From Methanobacteriota archaeon (GTDB lineage Archaea > Methanobacteriota > Methanobacteria > Methanobacteriales > Methanobacteriaceae), in assembly GCA_963787255.1 (NCBI GenBank), contig CAWBCJ010000029.1, positions 864,001-928,000 of the forward strand: 64,000 nt of DNA, in the 5' to 3' direction. The position numbers were made by a program, and so were the translations under genes. How positions within the stretch are numbered: position 1 is the first letter of the stretch; every line of letters begins with the position of its first letter. Below the pieces are notes generated by a model, which was given only the letters and a program-made list of their open reading frames with translations, made no database searches and was not told the origin of the DNA. Below are positions 35,158-46,663 of this stretch, in pieces.

Positions 35158-36606
35158 TTACAATACATGCCGTTTAAGGAGTACACCTTCGCTGTCATGT
35201 ATATCTACAAGTAAAGGAGATTCTCCGTTTATCATGTGAGTAGCACATGAGAGACATGGATCATAAGCTCTTACAATCATTTCAAGCTGATTTTTAAGCC
35301 CTTCAGATACTTCTTCGCCTTTAATCATGGCCTTTGCAGTTTCTCTTACACCTATATCCATTGAAAGGTTGTTTTGACCTGTTGAAACTATGAGATTTGC
35401 GCGGTTTATGTAACCTGCAGCATCTGTTTCATAATCGTGAATCAGAATTCCTCTTGTAGCTTCAATCATTCCAACGCCTCTTCTTGTTTCGCTGGATCCT
35501 TTTGCTTCTTCCCGGGTCATGAGAGTTTCTGAAAGACCTTGCCTTAAATCTGTTCCAGTAATTGAACCATCTTCAAGAAGCTGTACAGACCTTTCAGCTG
35601 CAAACATCAACTCAATTAAACGGGCATAATGGTATAGTAGAGCATTTTGGGCAATTCCATACTTATCTTTGTATTCGCCGAATAATTGGGAAGCTTTTTC
35701 AGTTGGAATGTTCTGTGCGATGTTCAATCTTGCAAGAGGCCCAACTCTGTAATTTCCTTCAGGGAATCCAATCTGTTTCAGGTACGGGAATTTGAGATAA
35801 GACCATGGCTGAACCTTTTCTTCGATGTAGTCTAAGTAATCGCTTGCTTCGAATTCGTAAACCGAATTACCGCCTTTGTCAATGACTTTAACAGGTGCAT
35901 CATAAAATTCTATATTTCCATTATTGCTTAAAGCACCGAAATGAGATTCAACAGGGCCTAAAAGTTCTATTGCTTCACTGTACTGTTCAAATAATGGTTT
36001 AGCTACTTCAACGCCCTTTTCTATAAGTCCTACGGCATCTTTAGCTTGTGATAGTAACTTTGATCGTTCTTCTTCTGTAATTCCTTTGGATTGACCGCCA
36101 GGTATAGCAGTTACAGGGCTGATTGGTTTTCCTCCAACTACGCTTGTTATATACTGTCCAATTTTTCGAGTATCTATTGCCATTTTTGCAAGCGCTGGGT
36201 CTTTTTTAAGGATACCTACAACGTTTCTGAGTGCAGGATCTGATTCCGGACCCATTACAAGATCAGGCGCCCCTAGGAAATAGAAATGAAGTGAATGTGA
36301 ATGGATGTATTGGCCTAAAAGCATAAGTTCTCTTAATTTTTGGGCAGTTTCTGGGGGCTGTAATCCAAATACCTGATCTGTAGCCTTAGCAGAAGCTAAA
36401 TGGTGCGCTGTTTGACATATGCCACATATACGTGGGGTAATTCGCGGTGCTTCTTCTACAGCAGCTCCCTCTAGAAATTTTTCAAAACCTCTTATTTCCA
36501 TTACGTGAAAGTGAGCATCTGAAACACTTCCAGAGTCATCTAATTGAACTGTGATTTTTGCGTGTCCTTCAATTCTGGTTACAGGGCTTATTTCAATATT
36601 TTTCAT
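35158..36606 (-). CDS. [NiFe]-hydrogenase large subunit (MvhA/VhcA-like, group 3c-like)
   Basis: [15 protein letters not shown]1 PRICGIC, L2 [12 protein letters not shown] plus a cleavable C-terminal extension. Confidence 0.95.
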   Translation of the reverse strand: MKNIEISPVTRIEGHAKITVQLDDSGSVSDAHFHVMEIRGFEKFLEGAAVEEAPRITPRICGICQTAHHLASAKATDQVFGLQPPETAQKLRELMLLGQYIHSHSLHFYFLGAPDLVMGPESDPALRNVVGILKKDPALAKMAIDTRKIGQYITSVVGGKPISPVTAIPGGQSKGITEEERSKLLSQAKDAVGLIEKGVEVAKPLFEQYSEAIELLGPVESHFGALSNNGNIEFYDAPVKVIDKGGNSVYEFEASDYLDYIEEKVQPWSYLKFPYLKQIGFPEGNYRVGPLARLNIAQNIPTEKASQLFGEYKDKYGIAQNALLYHYARLIELMFAAERSVQLLEDGSITGTDLRQGLSETLMTREEAKGSSETRRGVGMIEATRGILIHDYETDAAGYINRANLIVSTGQNNLSMDIGVRETAKAMIKGEEVSEGLKNQLEMIVRAYDPCLSCATHMINGESPLLVDIHDSEGVLLKRHVL

Positions 36607-36621
36607 AAATATCACCTTTAT

Positions 36622-37533
36622 TTATTTCTTGACCAGTTGAGGGATCAATGAAACCTGTTTTTCCTCCATTATGGTACTTCCAATTACAAATCCGTATATA
36701 ACATGCCCTATGTCATAAATCTGTTTTTCAACATCTTTTTCAGGCATCTTGGAAAGGTGAGCAATTCTTTTGATTACTCCATTATATAGATCGTGGCTTG
36801 GTTCTCTTAAAACATCCAGTGAAGGTCCTCCACAGCCATGACAGGGAATTCCAGCATCAGTACAGAGTGCACCGCATCTTCCAAGGGTTACTGAGCCTAA
36901 ACAAACGTATCCCTGGCTTAAGAAGCACTGTTGAGAGTCAGGATTTCCTTCTACTCTTCTATGGATTTTATCGAATTCTACGTGATCCATCCATCTTTGA
37001 CAATCTGCACAAACACTCTTTTTGGGAACATTTGGAGCTTCACCATTAATTAAAGGCAATAATATGTCTCCGGTTAATCTTTCCTTTGGAGGACAGCCAG
37101 GAATATAATAATCTACTTCAGTAAAGTCTCCTGCGGGATGAACAATAGGTAGAAGTTTTGGAACAACTTCTGAAGGCACGTCAGCTGATTCTGTACTTGG
37201 ATTATCTGAATATGTACGTGATGTTACTTCTTCAGGGCTGTATAAATCTGCCATTCCAGTTATACCGCCGTAACATGCGCATGTTCCGTATGCAATCAAT
37301 GTTTTTGATTTTTTCCTTAATTCCTCTAATCTTTCCTTGTTTTCTTCATTTCGAACAGATCCAGATACTATTGCTATATCAACATCTTCAGGAATTACTT
37401 TAGCATCAACTAATACGGGGCCATAAACTATTTCGGATTTTTCCAGTATCTGTAATAACTCTTCGTGTAAATCAAGAATCGATATTTCACAACCTGCACA
37501 ACTTGCAAGTGCTTCCATTGCAATTTTAACCAT
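36622..37533 (-). CDS. [NiFe]-hydrogenase small subunit (MvhG/VhcG-like)
   Basis: [46 protein letters not shown]. Confidence 0.93.
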   Translation of the reverse strand: MVKIAMEALASCAGCEISILDLHEELLQILEKSEIVYGPVLVDAKVIPEDVDIAIVSGSVRNEENKERLEELRKKSKTLIAYGTCACYGGITGMADLYSPEEVTSRTYSDNPSTESADVPSEVVPKLLPIVHPAGDFTEVDYYIPGCPPKERLTGDILLPLINGEAPNVPKKSVCADCQRWMDHVEFDKIHRRVEGNPDSQQCFLSQGYVCLGSVTLGRCGALCTDAGIPCHGCGGPSLDVLREPSHDLYNGVIKRIAHLSKMPEKDVEKQIYDIGHVIYGFVIGSTIMEEKQVSLIPQLVKK

Positions 37534-38087
37534 TATTTACCACCCCATTTTATAGTCAGGGTTTTAAGGCAAGCATTCGGACCAACATGGTTTATATCCA
37601 GTTTTCCTTTGATGCTCATAACTTCCTCAACTGCACCAACCATGTATCCGTATAAAAGATAACATAATGGTCCTTTTTGAGGTAATCCTGTCCTTCGCAA
37701 TGTCTGTCTTACAACACAATCCATAAATAATAGTTGCACTACTGTTTCATCGCCTTTTTCAATTGTATATCCTTCCTGATTGGTTGGTTTCCACATCTCA
37801 AAATAAAATTCAATTCCAAGTATTTCGCTCAGTTCTTTCATGGCCTTTTCCAGGTTGTCTGTTTTTTCCATGAGCTTACCAGCTTCGTGTCCCATTCTTT
37901 TCCCTGCTTGGTAAACAATAGCATTAGCTCCACGGCCGGAAACCTGTTCCAGTGCACTAGACATGGAACCTACAAATTTCATTAAAACATGCAGTGCTTC
38001 TTCGTAATCGTCGATGTCACCACCTGTTTCTTTAGGAATTAATTCAGGTTTAAAATCCCCTCTTACATCTTCCCTTTCAATTTCCAT
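37533..38087 (-). CDS. V4R (4-vinyl reductase/XylR-type) domain protein
   Basis: [11 protein letters not shown] helix, [23 protein letters not shown], terminal AC; TAATG overlap with the small-subunit gene. Confidence 0.78.
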   Translation of the reverse strand: MEIEREDVRGDFKPELIPKETGGDIDDYEEALHVLMKFVGSMSSALEQVSGRGANAIVYQAGKRMGHEAGKLMEKTDNLEKAMKELSEILGIEFYFEMWKPTNQEGYTIEKGDETVVQLLFMDCVVRQTLRRTGLPQKGPLCYLLYGYMVGAVEEVMSIKGKLDINHVGPNACLKTLTIKWGGK

Positions 38088-38097
38088 TACAAATCCC

Positions 38098-38349
38098 TCA
38101 TATTATTTTACTTAAAGCCTTATTCACTTTTCTGTCAATGTAAAGCCTTTTAGCCACATGTATATCGTCATGTTCTAGCGCTTGGGAAGGGCAAATTTCG
38201 TGGCATGATAGACAACCCATGCAATCTGTTTCATTCACTACTACAGTTTTTCCATGTTCTTTATCCAGTTCATATACATCGTTTGGACAGTCTTCAACGC
38301 AAGATCCGCATCCTACACATGCATCTTCGTCAACTTTTATTTTTACCAT
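38098..38349 (-). CDS. 2x[4Fe-4S] ferredoxin
   Basis: [12 protein letters not shown] and [12 protein letters not shown]. Confidence 0.93.
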   Translation of the reverse strand: MVKIKVDEDACVGCGSCVEDCPNDVYELDKEHGKTVVVNETDCMGCLSCHEICPSQALEHDDIHVAKRLYIDRKVNKALSKII

Positions 38350-38621
38350 ATCAATCCCCCCGGATTTCCCTTTTTTCATTTTTTTGGAGGTTCTTAAAAT
38401 AATTGAACCTTTTTCTAAACATTACTTATATTAAATTCGGTAATCTCAAATTTTTAAAATCACCTTTAGGGTTATTTTTTAATATAAAATCTTTTTATTA
38501 TTAAGGATTTATATTGCTCTTTATACATTTTAATACATGATAATAAGAAATTATTACTTGATAACAAAATAAATAGATTATATTTACAAAAATAATATCA
38601 AATTAGTTAATTATATTAAAA

Positions 38622-39230
38622 TTAGTTTAGTGGTGTTGTTGATACCAGTTTACAATGAGTTATGTATGCTGCTTGTTTTTTCCCTGGAGGATAACAAGTT
38701 ACTAAAAATAATCTTGCATCACCGCTTTGATCAAATTGAATAGGATTTTCTTCATAATCCCAGCGGATATCGTTGCCATTAGAAGTTACTTTATATGTAT
38801 ATTTTTTATTGGATGAATAATCTTTCACTATTACTTCATCACCAACATTAAGGCTACCTAATTTACCAAACAATCCAGAAAATTTAGTCCTATGGCTTAA
38901 AAATCCACATTCTCCACCTTGACCAGGATTTACACTCTCCGGATAATGATAAACAGCATTATACGCATTTACAGTATCCGAACGAATAGTACAATCCACG
39001 CCGATTTTTGGAATTATAAGTCTGGATTTAGTTATTCCACTTGTAGAAGTAGATCTTGTAATTGTAGGATTCAATGCATTTGTGGGTTTACTTTTGTTTC
39101 CTTGAGCATGTAATGCAGCATTATAAGAATTTAATGAATTAGATTTCTCAAAAGCAGCCATTATAATAACTGAACAAATAAGAATACTTATCACAATAAT
39201 GGCTATGGATAAAATTTTATATTTCAGCAT
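38622..39230 (-). CDS. Sortase-like protein
   Basis: N-terminal TM helix, RLIIPKIG, catalytic His (SHRT), LNVGD, LVTCYP. Confidence 0.85.
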   Translation of the reverse strand: MLKYKILSIAIIVISILICSVIIMAAFEKSNSLNSYNAALHAQGNKSKPTNALNPTITRSTSTSGITKSRLIIPKIGVDCTIRSDTVNAYNAVYHYPESVNPGQGGECGFLSHRTKFSGLFGKLGSLNVGDEVIVKDYSSNKKYTYKVTSNGNDIRWDYEENPIQFDQSGDARLFLVTCYPPGKKQAAYITHCKLVSTTPLN

Positions 39231-39324
39231 TAAAACACCTAAATTAATAAGAGACTATTTATTCATATGCTATATATTTTGTTTCGAAATAAAAATTATT
39301 TAATAATTTTTTTCCAAAAATTAA

Positions 39325-40110
39325 TTATTTAGAAGTTTTATCACATTGCTCTTCGTCGGATTGCATTTTGGTTAAAACTTTATTCACTTCTCTTGCAAGA
39401 TTAGATCTTGAACTTGTAACTCTCCATGGATCGTTTATCCAGGTACAGAGCTTCAATTTAACTCCAATATCCGACAATTCTTTAACAATAACCTTTGGCT
39501 TGGGCTTTTTTAAAACACCCTCACAAGTTGAAGCTATATTTTCAAGTGATTTTATGGTTTTATCTAGTTCAAGATCGTAGGGTACAGTAATGTTTAAATC
39601 AACCCTTCTAATTTCTGATACAGTGTAATTTATGTATGGACTTGAGGAAAATATGGTATTGGGAACTTTTATTATCCTTTCATCGTAAGTAAGCAGTGTT
39701 GTAATCCTAAAACCAAGTTTAACTACTTTTCCCTTTTGATTGGAAATTTCAATAACATCTCCGACCCGCACACTCTTATCTGCAAGTATGAAAATCCCTG
39801 AAATAAAGTTTGATATGGTATCACGTGCACCAAAACCTATTGCTACACCAAAAATACCTAAACTAACTGCAATTGCTGTTAAATCAAATCCTAATTCTTT
39901 AAATATTATAAGTAGAGCAATACCATAAATTGAATATTTTATAATTTCATGGAGGGCCTGAATTAACGTTACATCAATGTCCCATTTGTTCCTTGCGATT
40001 TTAAGGAAATATACGGCCCATTTATAGATTAAAGATGCTCCAAGCAATGTAACTACTATTACTATTATATCTTGAAACCATGGTGATGTGGTCACAGATT
40101 CAAAAGCCAT
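39325..40110 (-). CDS. mscS: Small-conductance mechanosensitive channel
   Basis: AIGFGARDTISNFISG, VGDVIEI, IKVPN. Confidence 0.92.
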   Translation of the reverse strand: MAFESVTTSPWFQDIIVIVVTLLGASLIYKWAVYFLKIARNKWDIDVTLIQALHEIIKYSIYGIALLIIFKELGFDLTAIAVSLGIFGVAIGFGARDTISNFISGIFILADKSVRVGDVIEISNQKGKVVKLGFRITTLLTYDERIIKVPNTIFSSSPYINYTVSEIRRVDLNITVPYDLELDKTIKSLENIASTCEGVLKKPKPKVIVKELSDIGVKLKLCTWINDPWRVTSSRSNLAREVNKVLTKMQSDEEQCDKTSK

Positions 40111-40239
40111 TTAATTTCACATCCAAAAGTTTTGTGTTCTTATTTCGGTTTGTAGTTTAAATATTTTGGTAAAGAATTTTTTGACTTTTCTAATTTAATA
40201 TCATAAAACAAATAATTTCATGCAAAAATGGCGACTTTA

Positions 40240-41139
40240 TCAACGTTTTATTTCAATACTCATTAAATCTTCAGCAACTACAGAATTATCAAAAACTTCC
40301 CTTGCTTCTGCTAAAAGCAAATCGGAATTTTTGTATCTGGTACTAACGTGGGTTAAAATCAACTTTTTCACATCCGCCCTTTTAGCGATTTCTGCAGCTT
40401 GAATTGATGTGGAATGACAAGCTTTAACTGCTTTATCTCCATATTTACCTTCAAAAGTTGATTCATGTATTAAAATGTCTGCATCTTTTGCAAAATTCAC
40501 CATTTGATCAACAGGGCTTGTATCGCCAGAATAAACAATTACGCGTCCCTTTCTTTCTTTTCCAAGAACATGTTCTGGTTTTATAATTCTACTATTTATT
40601 TCTACAGGAATACCTTGTTGTAATTTCCCGAAATCAGGCCCGGGCATGATTCCAAGTTCTATGGCTTTTTCTCTTATAAATTTTGGTCTTCTTTTTTCTT
40701 CAATTTTATATGCAATGTTTAAAATGCTGTGTTTCATTGGGCAGCAGCTTATTCTGTAATTCTCTTCTTCTAAAACAATTCCTTCATTAATTTCATGCAT
40801 ATATATTTCAAATGTTAAAGAGAAATATCCAAAGTTTCTCACGTTATCAATAAGTGGAACAAGTCCTTTAGGGCCAAATATATGTAACGGTTCTTTACGT
40901 CCTCTAAAAGCCATGGATTGTATTATTCCGGGAAGGCCAAGAATGTGATCCCCGTGAAAATGGGTTATAAATATTTTACTTATTTTCATAGGGCTTATTT
41001 TGGCTTTAGACATCTGGAGCTGTGTTCCTTCGCCACAATCAAAAAGCATTATCTCTCCAAATGCTTTAAGAGATATTGCTGAATGATTCCTATGACTTGT
41101 GGGTATTGCTGATGATGTTCCTAAAAATACGAGATCCAT
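40240..41139 (-). CDS. rnz: Ribonuclease Z
   Basis: [41 protein letters not shown]. Confidence 0.96.
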   Translation of the reverse strand: MDLVFLGTSSAIPTSHRNHSAISLKAFGEIMLFDCGEGTQLQMSKAKISPMKISKIFITHFHGDHILGLPGIIQSMAFRGRKEPLHIFGPKGLVPLIDNVRNFGYFSLTFEIYMHEINEGIVLEEENYRISCCPMKHSILNIAYKIEEKRRPKFIREKAIELGIMPGPDFGKLQQGIPVEINSRIIKPEHVLGKERKGRVIVYSGDTSPVDQMVNFAKDADILIHESTFEGKYGDKAVKACHSTSIQAAEIAKRADVKKLILTHVSTRYKNSDLLLAEAREVFDNSVVAEDLMSIEIKR

Positions 41140-41220
41140 TTATTTCACCTAATAAAAAAAGTATACTTGATTGGGTTAATATTTATATCTTTTATCTTAT
41201 AAGTCTAAATAGGGATTATT

Positions 41221-42052
41221 ATGAGAGATATTTTAAGGCAAATGGTTTATGAAGATGTTGGTTTTGAGGATATAACCACAAATGCTTTAATTCCAGCGGG
41301 CATGAAATCTCGTGCAAGAATAATAGCTAAAGAAGATGGTATTATAGCAGGTATTAACACTTTAAGCGATTTATTCGATGAATTTGGCGTTAAAACTACT
41401 CTTAATAAGAAAGAAGGAAATGAAGTTAAAATAAATGATATTCTAATGGAACTTGAGGGAGATGCTAGATTAATTTTAAGTTTAGAGCGTACCGCACTCA
41501 ATTTACTCATGAGAATGAGCGGCATTGCCACATTAACGCTTAATACGTTGAAAAATATACGTGAAGTTAATGATAATGTTATTTTGGCATGTACTCGTAA
41601 AACAACCCCTGGTTTGCAGTTTTTTGAAAAAAGTGCAGTTAAAACCGGTGGGGGCGATACTCACAGGTTTAGATTAGATGACTGTGTTCTTATTAAAGAT
41701 AATCACATAGAAATAGTCGGCAGTGTTGAAGAAGCTATTACTAAGGCCAAAAATAATGTCAGTTTTACCAAAAAAATTGAAATAGAAGTTGAAAATCTTG
41801 AAGACGTTGTAACTGCAATTAAAAATGGAGCGGATATTGTCATGCTTGACAATATGAGTCCTGATGAAATAAAAGATATTTTATCATCTCTTGAATCTCT
41901 TGATTTAAGGAATAGCGCTTTAATTGAAGTTTCTGGTGGAATAAAGCCGGATAATATCGTTGAATATGCTAAAACTGGTGTGGATGTCATATCTGCTGGG
42001 TTATTTAATCCACTCTGCTAAAGCGCTTGATTTGAGTCTGGAAATATTTTAA
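41221..42052 (+). CDS. nadC: Quinolinate phosphoribosyltransferase (apparent +1 frameshift near 42000)
   Basis: ERTALN, TRKTTPG, HRFRLDD, IKDNH, MLDN, SGG; the conserved tail GYLIHSAKALDLSLEIF is in the next frame up to TAA 42052. Confidence 0.93.
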
Positions 42053-42306
42053 ATAATATTCTTCTTTTGTGTGTAATAATATCTGCTTCCAGATAATCTA
42101 ATTTTATATCTTATTTTTGTAAGTGGTAGTTATATTTCAAGTGAAAATAATTTCCGCCCATTAGATTTAATTGAAGGAATGGTTATAATTTACGCATAAA
42201 TTTATATGTGTCAATGTTTAAAATGAAACTAGGTATCAAATTCTTTAACGTGATATATAGTTTTGTATCATGTTAAATTTCTTTTATTTTATGGAGGTTT
42301 TTAGTT

Positions 42307-42786
42307 ATGAGCGATGAAGAAATACGCGAAAATGAAGAAATTGAAGATAACGAAGGTAATGAAGTAATTGAAGATAACGAAGGTAATGAAGTAATTGAAG
42401 GTAATGAAATAATTGAAGATAACGAAGAACTTCAAGAAGAAGAAACTGAAGATTTACCATTTGCTAAAGCTGAAGTTGTCAGATTAATGAAACAGAACTT
42501 AGACAGCGATAAAATGATAAGAGAACGTGTTAAAGTTGAAATGAACAAGTTCTTAGGCCAGATACTTGAAAATGTCTGCAATCAGCTTAACGAATATCCT
42601 TACACCACAATCGAATACGAAATGCTCAAAGAATCAATTTATCCTTACAAGAACATAGAAAGAATTAATGAAGAAAAAGAAAGGATTTTAAAGCATTTAG
42701 ATGCAATTAAAGCCGATTGTGACGCCTTAAGTCTTGATGTCAGAAGGACATTGAAGATTAAAGAAGTGGAAGATACAGTATATTAA
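42307..42786 (+). CDS. Histone-fold-like (NF-YB/HAP3-like) protein with acidic N-terminal repeats
   Basis: [14 protein letters not shown] resembles the histone-fold helix-1 motif; GGAGG RBS. Confidence 0.6.
   Translation: MSDEEIRENEEIEDNEGNEVIEDNEGNEVIEGNEIIEDNEELQEEETEDLPFAKAEVVRLMKQNLDSDKMIRERVKVEMNKFLGQILENVCNQLNEYPYTTIEYEMLKESIYPYKNIERINEEKERILKHLDAIKADCDALSLDVRRTLKIKEVEDTVY
42331..42427 (+). repeat. In-frame 27-bp tandem repeat (NEVIEDNEG), about 3.5 copies
   Basis: Unit AATGAAGTAATTGAAGATAACGAAGGT at 42331 and 42358, an 18-bp copy at 42385, a partial copy at 42403. Confidence 0.85.
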
Positions 42787-42855
42787 TTTCCACTTTTAAA
42801 ATTCTTATTTTTTGTATTTAATTAGACAATTAATCTTATCTTAATTTAAAGAACA

Positions 42856-42963
42856 TTATTTACTTTTTCTGGTTGCCTGCCGATAAAGCCGGCCGTATTT
42901 TACTATTATATAAATAATTATGATAATTAAGCCAATGATAAGGGATATAACTCCTATACTCAT
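42856..42963 (-). CDS. Small single-pass membrane protein (35 aa, not in ORF track)
   Basis: AGGTG RBS; MSIGVISLIIGLIIIIIYIIVKYGRLYRQATRKSK is one TM helix plus a basic tail. Confidence 0.6.
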   Translation of the reverse strand: MSIGVISLIIGLIIIIIYIIVKYGRLYRQATRKSK

Positions 42964-43184
42964 GGAAACACCTGTATATATGTTTTAATATTAAATTTAT
43001 CGTAAGGAACTAATTTTTTAATTTTAAGCCAATGTTTCTTGAAAAACTATTCATAGTATTTTTCAATTATTCTTCGAGTTTTTAACAACTAATCCGGTAA
43101 TTCTGTCATTATATCTACAATAATCAGTCATTACATAATTCTAATTATGTTTTTGCAGTATCTAAATAATCATTCTAAGTTATT

Positions 43185-45660
43185 TCACTTATTTAGAGTT
43201 TCTGTAGCCTTTTTAAGTTCAGTAATATCATAAATTATTGAAAAAACCTTTTTTTCTCCACCATAATCTATAAATTCAACAGTATACAATACTTGTACTG
43301 TTTTTCCACTTTTAGTTCGTATTTCCCGCTCTTCATTATAAATAGAATCTCCCTTAGTCAATATCTTAAGTACTGCATCTCGCTCTTCAACGCTAATAAT
43401 ATTTAAATCAGTAACTGCTTTTCCGAGTAATTCTTCTCGTTTATATTCTGTTATATTTGCATAAGCATCATTTACTTCAATTACTTCACCCTTTAAAGTC
43501 GTTATTACTATTCCTGCAGGATTAGAATAAAATGCCTTGGAATATTTCTCTTCACTCTCCTTGAGAAGTTCTTCAGCTTTTTTACGCTCAGTAATATCTG
43601 CGGCTATAACAACGCCTAAAATAATCTTTCCATTTTTATCTTTTATTGGTGTAGAACTGACACTTAGTACTTTTTCGGTTCCATTTTCAAACGAAACTGA
43701 GATTTCTTCATCTGTAACTACTTCTCCAGCAGCTATTGAACGTGATAATGGCCATTCTTTAGGTTTATAAGGACTACCATCTAGATGGAACCCTTTATAT
43801 GTACTATACTCTTCAATATCCTTTGAAAATGTAAAAGGTTGTCCCCACACTTTCTCAAACTGCTCATTAGCCCTTATTAACTTTCCTGAAGGAGCTTCAG
43901 CAACTGAAACTGCTACGGGGATATTATTTAAAACTGTATCTAAAAGGTTCTGTTCATTTCTTAACTGTTCTTCGGTTTTTTTCTGTTCTGTTATATCTCG
44001 AGTAATGCTTCCAATTATGGTTCCTCTTTCGGTTTTAATAGGATAAGTAACTGACTGTGTAAACCTTATTTCTCCATCAGGGCGTTGAATTTTACGATCT
44101 AACGGTTTATTCATCCAATTTGCATCTCCAGTTTGTAGAAATTGCAATATTGTGCCTTTTATGTAATCATATAGTTCGGGGGTTTTCTCTTCTTCTGGCA
44201 GTAGTTCATACTGTGAATCCCATATCTGCATATCAAGTTCTTCTTCTCGTTTATGGCCTGTTATTTTTTCCATTCCTTTGTTCCATTCAATAATAACGCC
44301 GTTTTCGTCTATTATGGAAATACCGTCAGTGGACTGTTCTATGGTGCTGCGGAATTTAATTTCACTTTCTAGTAAATCCATTTCTGCTTTTTTATATTCT
44401 GTAATGTCACGAATTGTTTCTATGGCGCCAACAAGATTTCCCTTATCGTCGTAAAGTGGGGAAATCTTTCCAAATAGATAACCTCCCTTTCCACCAAAGA
44501 TATTTTCTACAAAAGCTTCAGCAAATATAATATCTCCTTCTCGTTTTACGTAATCATATTTTGCATCTATTTCTTTTTCACTTTAAAAAAATCAAATCAA
44601 TTAAAATTGGTCTTTTATGTCCATAGAATGGTATGGAATAAGCGTAATCTCCTTTACCTAGTATTTCTTTCTTTGTGACTCCAGTCATTTCTTCAAGGGC
44701 TTTGTTCCATGCTATTACTTCTCTTTTTTCATTAATTACAAATGTAGCATCTGGTAAGAACTCTATAATATCTAAAAGTTTCTGACGTTCCTGATTTATT
44801 TTCTCTTCTGCTTTTTTGGGTTCGGTGATATCACGAACAGTTTCTATAGCACCAACAAGATTTCCTTTAGAGTCATATAGTGCAGAAGATTTTACAAATA
44901 CATAGGCCCCTTTTCCACCAAATAGATTATTTACATATACCTCAGCAAATAGAGTATCGTCTTCTCTTTTTACGTAACTGTATTTTGCTTCTATTTCTTC
45001 TTCCTTTAAAAAGATCAAATCAATTACTATTGGTCTTTTATGTCCATAGAATGGTATGGAATAAGCGTAATCTCCTTTACCTAGTATTTCTTTCTTTGTG
45101 ACTCCAGTCATTTCTTCAAGGGCTTTGTTCCATGCTATTACTTCTCTTTTTTCATTAATTACAAATGTAGCATCTGGTAAGAACTCTATAATATCTAAAA
45201 GTTTCTGACGTTCTTTATTTATTCTTTCTTCTGCTTTTTTCCTTTCAGTTATATCAGTTGTTAATGTTACACACAGGTCTTCTTTTGGTGAAAAGGCAGT
45301 AATGGTAAAATGTTTATCTAGTTTGGAACGATATATTTCGTATTTAGCCCCTCTTCCAGTATTTACTACTTCATTAGCTTTTTTAATATCTAATTTAACT
45401 TCTTCGGGAGTATAAATTTCTTTGATACTTTTTTCGATTAGGCCGTCCTTTAAATCTTTCCTCTGCTTGTAGGCAGCGAGATTAGCGTATTTTATTATTA
45501 GATCAACTACTTTTCCTGAATCGTCCCGTACTACAGCACTGACAATTACTCCTTCTTGCATATACTCAAAAAATCGATAATCTAAATCTAATAAAGGTCC
45601 ATATTCTTCTGACTCAATCCGAGATTCATCTATGTCATTTAAGTCTGGTTTTCGATCCAT
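43185..45660 (-). CDS. Multi-PAS/PAC sensor protein (~6 PAS; apparent frameshift at ~44580; no output domain)
   Basis: Repeated PAS cores with DITERKKAEE linkers; removing one base near 44582 joins ORFs 44578-45660 and 43185-44381. Confidence 0.85.
44606..45213. repeat. 185-bp identical direct repeat within the PAS gene
   Basis: 44606-44790 matches 45029-45213 (period 423 bp). Confidence 0.9.
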
Positions 45661-46020
45661 AAGGAAAAATCCGCTCCTTTCATCCTTTTTTAAGTAATAA
45701 TGGATTCTGAGGATAAGTATTATGTATAGTATGTTATTATGTTCATAAATAAATTTTCTTTAATAATACAAATTGGAAACAGATTTTTACATTCATTTTT
45801 ATTTTTACATTCTAAAAACACTATAATTTATATGGACACTTTTTATAAGTCATTAAATTAGATTATTAGCGCTAAAAGAGACAATACTCTGATTAATTAC
45901 ATAAAAAGTTGAGTATAATATAAAAATAGAAGATAATGCAAAAAATAGTAGTTAATTAGCACTTTTTATAAATTTAGAAAAAAATAGAATCATTTATTGA
46001 AAAAGAAATGAATAAAATGA

Positions 46021-46587
46021 TTATTCATTTTCAAACGTTATAAAACCAGTTTTTAAATCTTTAATTTCTTCAATGGTTAATTCACGTTTTTGAGCATCTT
46101 CATGAATTATTGTACTGTGTCCAAAGGGGTCTTCAATTATTATTTCAACTTCCCTTTCACCATTTTTAACTTTTTCTATCTCTTCAAGTATTTTATGAGC
46201 GTTATTCTTAGATTCATCGTCTTCAACAAATCTTAAGGCGGTATTAACTGCATCTTCAAATCTATTTATTATTCCTTCAATATTGGACACATATCCCTGA
46301 CATTTAGTGCCGGGCTCTACTTTTAAGCCCAATTCGGGTATGCGAACAGTCGCAGTTTGTGATTTAACAACCCGTGCATTTAAATTATCTTTTTTAATGA
46401 TCATAGAATATCTTACGGGTTCTTTTTGCTCAAGACATATGGTATCAGAATGTTTATATCCACATTGGGAACAGATAATTGTTGATTCCATAATTTCACC
46501 AAAATAGGGAATATTTTCAGTTTTTGATACAAATTCTACAGTTCCTTTTGATTGGCAAACAGGACAATCTCCTTTCATCTCATTCAA
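46021..46587 (-). CDS. ZPR1 zinc-finger domain protein
   Basis: CPVC...[25 protein letters not shown]. Confidence 0.93.
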   Translation of the reverse strand: MNEMKGDCPVCQSKGTVEFVSKTENIPYFGEIMESTIICSQCGYKHSDTICLEQKEPVRYSMIIKKDNLNARVVKSQTATVRIPELGLKVEPGTKCQGYVSNIEGIINRFEDAVNTALRFVEDDESKNNAHKILEEIEKVKNGEREVEIIIEDPFGHSTIIHEDAQKRELTIEEIKDLKTGFITFENE

Positions 46588-46663
46588 TTTATTTACCCCT
46601 TTTATTTTAAATTAGGAAACACAATAAAAAAATAATTAATTCAGTAAAATAAACATTAATAAT

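Noticed and set aside
35158-36606. [NiFeSe] hydrogenase or F420-reducing FrhA
   Set aside because: L2 is DPCLSC with Cys, there is no in-frame TGA and no frhB/frhD, and the small subunit is MvhG-like
43020-43140. Possible histidine-kinase remnant after the PAS gene
   Set aside because: Only a faint RIIEK-like resemblance across broken frames; not supportable without alignment
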